From Peptococcaceae bacterium UBA6096 (GTDB taxonomy: Bacteria; Bacillota; Peptococcia; DRI-13; UBA5745): 64,000 nt of DNA. The DNA lies in the NCBI GenBank assembly GCA_002435905.1, contig DIWW01000001.1, positions 23,283-87,282 on the forward strand, written 5' to 3'. Shown here in pieces: positions 57,649 to 64,000 of the stretch (the stretch's first letter is position 1; the number at the start of each line of letters is the position of its first letter). The notes beneath the pieces are model-generated. The model saw nothing but the letters and a program-made list of their open reading frames with translations, did not search any database and had not been told where the DNA came from. Made by a program: the position numbers and the translations under genes.

Positions 57649-58341
57649 ATGAAACGTAAATTTTGGAATTGGGTAAGCAATGAAGCCGGAAGGACCCTGT
57701 TTCTCAATGGGGAGATTTCGGACGAAACCTGGTATGGAGATGAGGTTACTCCGAAAATATTTAAGGATGAACTGAATTCCTGTACCGGGGATATTACTGT
57801 TTGGATTAATTCCCCAGGCGGAGATGTCTTTAGTGCAGCGCAAATCTACAACATGCTGATGGACTACCAGGGCAATGTGAAAGTCAAAATTGATGGACTC
57901 GCTGCTTCAGCGGCTTCGGTCATAGCGATGGCTGGTACGGAGGTTTTGATGTCTCCAGTGGCCATGATGATGATCCACAATCCCATGACTGTTGCCATTG
58001 GGGATTCCAGTGAGATGCAGAAAGCAAGCGAGATGCTCGCCGAAGTTAAGGAAAGCATTATGAACGCCTATGAAATCAAGACAGGACTTTCAAGGTCCAA
58101 GCTTTCACATCTGATGGATGCTGAGTCCTGGTTCAATGCCAAGAAAGCAGTGGAACTAGGCTTTGCAGATAAAATCCTGTTTGACGGTGAAGAGGAGAAA
58201 CAGAAGGAGCCGCAAGAAGCCATGATGTTTTCACGTTCAGCGGTGACAAACTCTTTGCTCTCAAAACTTATCCCAGCTAAGCCTGAAAACAAAACACCTA
58301 TAGAACAGCTAGAAAAAAGACTGAGTCTGCTGGCTCACTAA
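57649..58341 (+). CDS. ClpP-like prohead protease
   Basis: WINSPGGDVF, LAASAASVI, MMIHNP, AVELGFAD. Confidence 0.92.
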   Translation: MKRKFWNWVSNEAGRTLFLNGEISDETWYGDEVTPKIFKDELNSCTGDITVWINSPGGDVFSAAQIYNMLMDYQGNVKVKIDGLAASAASVIAMAGTEVLMSPVAMMMIHNPMTVAIGDSSEMQKASEMLAEVKESIMNAYEIKTGLSRSKLSHLMDAESWFNAKKAVELGFADKILFDGEEEKQKEPQEAMMFSRSAVTNSLLSKLIPAKPENKTPIEQLEKRLSLLAH

Positions 58342-58361
58342 AATTAAGGAGGAAAATTTAT

Positions 58362-59561
58362 ATGAACACAATTCTTGAACTTAGAGAAAAACGCGCTAAA
58401 GCATGGGAAGGGGCAAAAGCCTTCCTAGACAGCAAGAGGGGGATGGACGGCATACTCTCAGCCGTAGATACGGAAACCTACGAAAAGATGGAGACGGATG
58501 TTATGAATCTTGGAAAGGAAATAGAGCGTCTGGAGCGTCAGGCATCTATCGATGCAGAACTTTCCCGTCCCACATCGTTACCGATTACTAATCAGCCTGG
58601 AGCGAGTCAGACGGGGGAGATGAAGAAGGGTCGAGCATCCGATTCCTATAAAGAGGCCTTCTGGAAAGCTATGAGAAACAAGAATAGCTACGATGTACAG
58701 AACGCCCTGCAGATTGGTACCGACTCCGAAGGAGGATACTTGGTACCGGACGAATTTGAGAGGACCTTGATTGAGGCCTTGGATGAAGAGAACATCTTTA
58801 GAACAATGGCAAAGGTCATCACAACTTCCTCAGGGGATAGAAAAATTCCTGTCGTCGCATCCAAGGGAACGGCATCATGGGTAGATGAAGAAGGACAAAT
58901 CCCAGAAGCAGATGATGCTTTCGGGCAGGTTTCAATCGGAGCTTACAAATTAGCCACTATGATTAAGGTTTCGGAAGAACTCCTTAATGATAGTGTTTTC
59001 AATTTGGAGAGCTATATTGCCAGGGAGTTCGCTAGAAGAATTGGTGCAAAGGAAGAAGAAGCGTTCTTCATTGGGGATGGCACTGGTAAGCCAACAGGTA
59101 TCTTCAATGCCACCGGAGGTGCGCAGCTTGGCATCACAGCAGCTTCAGCGACAGCTATCACTATTGATGAGGTTATGGATTTGTTCTACAGCTTGAAATC
59201 GCCTTACAGAAAGAACGCAATATTTATCATGAACGATGCAACCGTCAAGGCAATTAGAAAGCTGAAGGATGGGAACGGGCAGTACATTTGGCAGCCTTCC
59301 ATCACAGCGGGTCAGCCGGATACCATTCTCAATAGACCGGTTAAGACATCAGTGTATGTTCCTACGATTGCCGCAGGAGCAAAGTCCATCGCTTTCGGCG
59401 ATTTCGGATATTACTGGGTAGCTGACAGACAAGGCAGGTCCTTCCAGAGGCTGAACGAGCTTTTTGCAGCAACAGGCCAGGTCGGATTCAAGGCAACCCA
59501 GAGAGTAGATGGAAAGCTGATCCTTCCTGAAGCCATCAAGGTGCTTCAGCAGAAAGCGTAG
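58362..59561 (+). CDS. HK97-fold major capsid protein
   Basis: N-terminal delta coiled coil, EGGYLVP, WVDE, FGDF, GQVGF....RVDG. Confidence 0.93.
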   Translation: MNTILELREKRAKAWEGAKAFLDSKRGMDGILSAVDTETYEKMETDVMNLGKEIERLERQASIDAELSRPTSLPITNQPGASQTGEMKKGRASDSYKEAFWKAMRNKNSYDVQNALQIGTDSEGGYLVPDEFERTLIEALDEENIFRTMAKVITTSSGDRKIPVVASKGTASWVDEEGQIPEADDAFGQVSIGAYKLATMIKVSEELLNDSVFNLESYIAREFARRIGAKEEEAFFIGDGTGKPTGIFNATGGAQLGITAASATAITIDEVMDLFYSLKSPYRKNAIFIMNDATVKAIRKLKDGNGQYIWQPSITAGQPDTILNRPVKTSVYVPTIAAGAKSIAFGDFGYYWVADRQGRSFQRLNELFAATGQVGFKATQRVDGKLILPEAIKVLQQKA

Positions 59562-59571
59562 GTGAAAGAGA

Positions 59572-59793
59572 ATGAGTAATGTCAAGAATTATACAGAACA
59601 GGGCGGAGAGAAAACCGTTATTGGTGGAACGCTTGAGATTGCAGAGGGTGGCCAGGTTATCGGGCTGCCCTCTAATTTTACACCTGCCGCGTTTCAGGCG
59701 GACAGCGTTGCAACTACAATTGCAGGACTGGTCGTTGATTTTAACGCTCTGCTTGCCAAACTCAAAGCGGCAGGGATTATGACTACTGAATAA
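59572..59793 (+). CDS. Small head-associated (head fibre/decoration-like) protein
   Basis: KNYTEQGGEKTVIGG and DFNALLAKLKAAG; located right after the capsid gene. Confidence 0.7.
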   Translation: MSNVKNYTEQGGEKTVIGGTLEIAEGGQVIGLPSNFTPAAFQADSVATTIAGLVVDFNALLAKLKAAGIMTTE

Positions 59794-59808
59794 TGACGGG
59801 AGGTGGGC

Positions 59809-60087
59809 GTGTTGATTGTTACACTTGAAGAAGCAAAGCTATATTTGAAAGTCGATGGTGATGAGGACGATACGCTCATCTCCGATTGCATCAATGCCGC
59901 AGAGGAACTTTGCGAGGATATTCTGCGTTTTCCACTTACCGAGTTTGCCGAGGTTCCAGACACAGTGAAACAGGCGGGTTTTTATGCTATAGGAAATCTA
60001 TATGAACAACGTGAAACCTTGGACATGAAAGCAATGATTGATCTTCTGAAGAGGTTGTTGTTCGCATACCGAAAGGATGGGTGGTAA
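59809..60087 (+). CDS. Head-tail connector (gp6-like)
   Basis: VTLEEAKLYLKVD.DE.D.LI...I.AAE. Confidence 0.85.
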   Translation: MLIVTLEEAKLYLKVDGDEDDTLISDCINAAEELCEDILRFPLTEFAEVPDTVKQAGFYAIGNLYEQRETLDMKAMIDLLKRLLFAYRKDGW

Positions 60088-60089
60088 AG

Positions 60090-60416
60090 ATGCATATTGG
60101 AGACCTCAGGCATCGTATCACTATTCGAAGGATTTTGCCTGTGATCAATGAGAATGGCTTCGAAAGCGAGGAGCCAGAGGAGTATAGAACAGTATGGGCG
60201 GCAGTCACAAATCTTCATGGCAAGGAATACTTCGAAGCAAAAGCAGTCCAGGCAGAAAACACAGTCAAATTCACAATCAGATTTTTGGCTGGGATTGATC
60301 AGACCATGCAGATCCTTTTCCAAGGAAAGAGTTACAACATCACCGCCATTGACAACATCAAGTACAGAAACAAATATATCGAGATTCAGGCGATGGAGGT
60401 GGAGTCGGATGGCTAA
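60090..60416 (+). CDS. Head closure / head-tail adaptor (SPP1 gp16-like)
   Basis: G.LRHRITI, VWAAV, FTIR, YNI.AID. Confidence 0.85.
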   Translation: MHIGDLRHRITIRRILPVINENGFESEEPEEYRTVWAAVTNLHGKEYFEAKAVQAENTVKFTIRFLAGIDQTMQILFQGKSYNITAIDNIKYRNKYIEIQAMEVESDG

Positions 60417-60807
60417 GATTGAACTGGAAGGTATGCAGGAGCTTATCGATAAAGTTAACAAGCTAGGAAGCCGGGGAACAGAGATTAAAAAGAAGGCACT
60501 GGATAAGGCCGGTTCCATGGTCAAAAGCAGCATGGAAGAGAAAGCTCCAAGATCTGAGCTTAGTAAAAAGCATATGGCCGACAACATCAAGGTATCAGAG
60601 ATTGAAAGCGAAGATGGTGTGGACTTTGTTACTATCGGGCCAAACAAAGGTGATAATTCGGAGTTCTTCTATTCGAAATTTACCGAATGGGGTACATCAA
60701 AGATTCCGGCTCAGCATTGGGCGGAGAATTCGGTGTTGGAGAACAAAAAGAAAATCAATGAAGTAATTATAGAGGAACTGGAAAGGGGGCTTGGTGAGCT
60801 TGATTAA
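60409..60807 (+). CDS. HK97 gp10-like tail completion protein
   Basis: KKALDKAG, APR, FYSKFTEWGTSK.PA motif; ATG at 60409. Confidence 0.85.
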   Translation: MAKIELEGMQELIDKVNKLGSRGTEIKKKALDKAGSMVKSSMEEKAPRSELSKKHMADNIKVSEIESEDGVDFVTIGPNKGDNSEFFYSKFTEWGTSKIPAQHWAENSVLENKKKINEVIIEELERGLGELD

Positions 60808-61132
60808 TAAACTGGTCATAGATACATTAAAGCCCCTTGGCATTCCAGTAGGATTTCAGAAATATTCCGGATCAGATACGACCTATATCACTTTTCACGA
60901 ATACCTTCAGTCCGGTGAGGAATTCGAGGAAGATGAGGAAGCCTTCACAGGGCATTATGTCCAAGTGGATATCTGGTCAAAAGCGGATTACACCACGTTA
61001 GCCAGCAATATAAAAGCACTTCTTATTGCGGCAGGGTTTCAAAGACTTAATGAAGCGGATTTTTACGAGCCGGATACGGGCCTCTATCATAAGGGACTCA
61101 AATTTTATTATTTAGAATCAAAGGAGGTTTAA
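60791..61132 (+). CDS. Tail terminator-like protein
   Basis: YITF.EY, VQVDIWSK, YE.DT..YHK; position before the major tail gene. Confidence 0.7.
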   Translation: MVSLINKLVIDTLKPLGIPVGFQKYSGSDTTYITFHEYLQSGEEFEEDEEAFTGHYVQVDIWSKADYTTLASNIKALLIAAGFQRLNEADFYEPDTGLYHKGLKFYYLESKEV

Positions 61133-61135
61133 CAT

Positions 61136-61708
61136 ATGGCAAGACAAATTGGATTAAGGGACATACACATTGCGCTGCTCACTGATGATGACGAGACAGG
61201 TGCAACCTATGCGGCACCAAGCAAGCTGGAAAGGGCAGTCAGCGCCAAGCTTTCGCCAAAAGTGAATTCAGAAAATATTTATTCAGATGATACGGTGGAG
61301 GACATCATTGCAGCCTTCGACAGCGTAGATGTGGAAATTGAACTCAATCAGCTTTCGCTCGCCAGCAGAGCAACCCTGCAGGGAGCAAAGGTAGTCAAAG
61401 GTGTTCTTATTGAAAGCAAAGAGAATATTGCACCGACATTGGCACTAGGGTTTAAATCCAAGAAGCACAACGGCAAATACCGTTATGTGTGGCTGCTTAA
61501 GGGCAAATTCGAACTGGCTACAGATGAGTATGACACTGAAGCAGAAAAGCCACAGCCTAAAAGCGCCAAACTCAAAGGCACATTCTTTTCCAGGGATTTT
61601 GACGGCAACTTCCGCTTTATCGCCGATGAAGATGAAACCGGAATTGACCAGACCATTATTGCAGCTTGGTTTACCGCAGTACCGGCAGAGCCAACGCCTG
61701 CTGTGTAG
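61136..61708 (+). CDS. Major tail (tube) protein, phi13-like
   Basis: IGLRDIHIA, YSDD, ALGF.....NG.YRYVWLLKGKF. Confidence 0.88.
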   Translation: MARQIGLRDIHIALLTDDDETGATYAAPSKLERAVSAKLSPKVNSENIYSDDTVEDIIAAFDSVDVEIELNQLSLASRATLQGAKVVKGVLIESKENIAPTLALGFKSKKHNGKYRYVWLLKGKFELATDEYDTEAEKPQPKSAKLKGTFFSRDFDGNFRFIADEDETGIDQTIIAAWFTAVPAEPTPAV

Positions 61709-61725
61709 GAAGGAGTTGAGGATAC

Positions 61726-62061
61726 TTGAAGGCAGCTGAACTAAAAAACAAGGGAATTAAATTCAAACTGGGAGATAAAGAATATGAGCTGAAGCTCGAC
61801 ATGAACACTTTCTGCGAATTGGAGGAAGTCTATGGGGATCTTAACAAAGCCTTTGATGATTTGCAGAGCATGAAGCTGAAAGCGGTCAGGGCGCTCATCT
61901 ATGCGGCAGTAAAGGTTGAGGATGAGGAGGTTACCTTAAAAATTGTTGGAGAGAAGCTGGGCTTGAATGATTTAGAAAGGCTGGGAACAGCCATCAACGA
62001 AGCACTAAGCAAAGCAATGCCGGAGGCGGAGGATGCGCCGGGGGAAGCGAAAGCCACTTAG
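61726..62061 (+). CDS. Tail assembly chaperone (gpG-like)
   Basis: Follows the major tail gene; LKLDMN.FCELEE.YG motif; TTG start. Confidence 0.8.
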   Translation: MKAAELKNKGIKFKLGDKEYELKLDMNTFCELEEVYGDLNKAFDDLQSMKLKAVRALIYAAVKVEDEEVTLKIVGEKLGLNDLERLGTAINEALSKAMPEAEDAPGEAKAT

Positions 62062-62243
62062 GTTCTGATACATGGGACTGGGAGTGGCTTTTCTATTTAG
62101 GAACGAACCTTCTTCAAATGAGCGAGGAGCAGTTCTGGAATAGCACCCCGAAAAAGCTGCAGGCGCTATTTAAGGTTTATAAAACAGTCAACGGAATTGA
62201 TGAGCAGAGTTCCTTTGATACCATTGACAATATTCTGTTCTAG
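62040..62243 (+). CDS. gpT-like extension in the -1 frame (likely frameshift fusion with gpG)
   Basis: -1 frame is open across the gpG stop and reads WDWEWLFYLGTNLLQMSEEQFWNSTPKKL; G GGG GAA at 62040-62046. Confidence 0.6.
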   Translation, partial: GGSESHLGSDTWDWEWLFYLGTNLLQMSEEQFWNSTPKKLQALFKVYKTVNGIDEQSSFDTIDNILF

Positions 62244-62257
62244 AGGAGGTGAGATGA

Positions 62258-64000
62258 ATGGCAAACGGTAGCAATACTGTAGTGGCTAGGGTTGGACTTG
62301 ACGACAGCGGATTCCAGGAAGGTGTCAGCAAAATCCAAAGAAGCCTGAAAGTGATACAGAGTGAATTTGCGGCAGCCAGCTCAAAGCTTGGTGATTTTGG
62401 TAAGTCTACTGATGGACTCAAGCTGAAAGCGGATAGTTTAAGCCGGCAGATGGAGTTGCAAAAGGACAAGGTTGCAGCCCTGACAAAAAGCTACCAGGAG
62501 AGCGTTGAGAAAAAAGGCGCTGATGCCAAGGCCACAGAAAACCTGAAGATCAAGCTGAACTACGCAAATGCAGAACTTGGCAAAATGCAGCAGGAGCTCA
62601 AAGCAACAACAGAAGAACTGAAAACGAAAAGCTCAGCCTGGTATAAGCTCTCTGAAAGCATGGACAAAGCCGGAGAAAAAATGAAGGCTGTGGGGGATAA
62701 GATATCCTCGGCGGGCAAGACTCTCTCTACTGCAGTTACCTTACCTCTGTTAGGAATTGGAACAGCTGCTACAAAGATGGCCATGGATGCTGTAGAATCA
62801 GAAAACCTCTTTGAAGTGGTGATGGGAGCTGTGGCAGGTGATGCAAGGAAGTGGTCCGAGGAAACCTCCAAAGCGCTGGGGCTAAATGCCTACAATGTCA
62901 GAAACAATATGGCCACCTACAATGCCATGCTCACCTCCATGGGACTTACGTCTGATGAATCACTAAAAATGTCAGAAGGACTGACACAGTTATCCTATGA
63001 TATGGCATCATTTTATAACCTGAAGCCAGAAGAGGCCTTCGATAAATTAAAGTCGGGTATCTCTGGAGAGGCAGAGCCTTTGAAGGCTCTCGGTATCCTT
63101 GTCAATGACAACACCATAAAGACCTATGCATATGCAAATGGAATTGCAAAGCAGGGTGAGCAGCTGACAGAAGCGCAGAAGGTGCAGGCCCGTTATGGCG
63201 CCATCATGGAAGCAACGAAGAATGCTCAGGGTGACCTGGCAAGAACCATGGACTCTCCAACAAATAAGCTGAGGATTATGAAGGAACAGGCCCAGCAGAT
63301 CGGGATTCAGTTTGGACAAATACTCATTCCGATCCTTGAAAAGCTTATTTCTATCATCAAGCCGCTAATGGATCGGTTCCAGGGACTTTCCAAAGAACAA
63401 CAGGAAATGATCGTCAAAATCGCACTTGTGGCCGCCGCTGTGGGTCCTGTTCTCCTGATTGTAGGAAAGGTGGTTTCCGTCATAGGAACCATTTCCACGG
63501 CCTTTGGAGCGGTATCTGGTGCGATGGCAGCGGCAGGTGGAGCATCCGGAGCTGTAGGCGCAGCAATCGCTGCAATTACTGGACCTGTCGGTATTGCCAT
63601 TGCTGCAGTAGCAGGCTTTATTGCTATATTTGTTTTGCTCTTTAAGAATAATGAGACCTTTAGAAATAGCGTCATCATCGTGTGGAATCAGATTAAGACA
63701 ATTATGGCCGGTGTATTTGAAGCGATAAAGCTTCTGATACAAGCTTTCGTTCAAGTCGCAGGTGCCATTTGGCAGAAGTATGGAGCAGATATCGTCACAG
63801 TAATTTCAGCGGCCTTCAATGTGATCGCATCGGTAGTAACGACTGCCTTGAATGTTATTAAAAACATTATCCAGATTGTGACCAGCCTCATCAAAGGAGA
63901 TTGGCAAGGCGTCTGGGAAGGCGTAAAGAATCTGACTCAGAATCTGTGGAATGGAATTCAAAGCATAATAAGCGGAGTGCTAAACCTCATAAAAGGAATC
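62258..64000 (+). CDS. Tape measure protein, 3'-partial
   Basis: ATG after AGGAGGTG; frame is open to the window end; Ala/Gly-rich helical repeats and W-periodic region (FRN..IW..I). Confidence 0.9.
   Translation, partial: MANGSNTVVARVGLDDSGFQEGVSKIQRSLKVIQSEFAAASSKLGDFGKSTDGLKLKADSLSRQMELQKDKVAALTKSYQESVEKKGADAKATENLKIKLNYANAELGKMQQELKATTEELKTKSSAWYKLSESMDKAGEKMKAVGDKISSAGKTLSTAVTLPLLGIGTAATKMAMDAVESENLFEVVMGAVAGDARKWSEETSKALGLNAYNVRNNMATYNAMLTSMGLTSDESLKMSEGLTQLSYDMASFYNLKPEEAFDKLKSGISGEAEPLKALGILVNDNTIKTYAYANGIAKQGEQLTEAQKVQARYGAIMEATKNAQGDLARTMDSPTNKLRIMKEQAQQIGIQFGQILIPILEKLISIIKPLMDRFQGLSKEQQEMIVKIALVAAAVGPVLLIVGKVVSVIGTISTAFGAVSGAMAAAGGASGAVGAAIAAITGPVGIAIAAVAGFIAIFVLLFKNNETFRNSVIIVWNQIKTIMAGVFEAIKLLIQAFVQVAGAIWQKYGADIVTVISAAFNVIASVVTTALNVIKNIIQIVTSLIKGDWQGVWEGVKNLTQNLWNGIQSIISGVLNLIKGI

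Larger units (their letters stand above)
29336..64000. mobile_element. Prophage with left-end defence cargo, integrated at the rlmD 3' end; right end outside the window
   Basis: Composition and codon style change at the rlmD 3' end. Complete replication, packaging, head and tail modules follow. Gene order resembles Phi-m46.1-like rumA-targeting phages. No integrase in the window. Confidence 0.85.

Noticed and set aside
29378-64000. Integrase or canonical cI repressor for the prophage
   Set aside because: No tyrosine or serine recombinase motifs and no S24-peptidase repressor in the window. The integrase is expected beyond the right edge.

Overview
The window is chromosomal DNA from an anaerobic Firmicute (Clostridia-like, inferred from gene content and SD/promoter style) and has three parts. 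(1) About 1-29.4 kb is mostly housekeeping: an M18 aminopeptidase (5' partial), two DegV proteins, a four-subunit 2-oxoacid:ferredoxin oxidoreductase (porCDAB), thrR-hom-thrB, 8 tRNAs, an MCP, a PLP-dependent D-amino acid enzyme, glnA type III, dut, ppa, metNIQ and rlmD. An AT-richer accessory patch sits inside this part (about 9-16 kb). It holds an integrase-less islet bounded by a 78-bp duplication of the tRNA-Leu 3' end, a two-domain glycosyltransferase, an unannotated 23-aa membrane peptide gene with a candidate antisense promoter, and a promoter-driven, highly structured ~300-nt non-coding RNA. (2) About 29.4-37.9 kb is a leftward defence operon: Xre HTH, a Lamassu/ABC-three-component system and a type III restriction-modification system. 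It begins right after the 3' end of rlmD, a known integration hotspot. (3) About 38-64 kb is a temperate siphovirus prophage resembling the Phi-m46.1 group. It carries a sigma-like activator, PolA/DUF2800/DUF2815, VapE primase-helicase, VRR-NUC, SNF2, HNH, terS, metK, a DNA methylase, terL, an HK97 head and tail genes, and it runs off the right edge in the tape-measure gene. All family assignments come from motifs recognised by eye; no database searches or folding programs were run.
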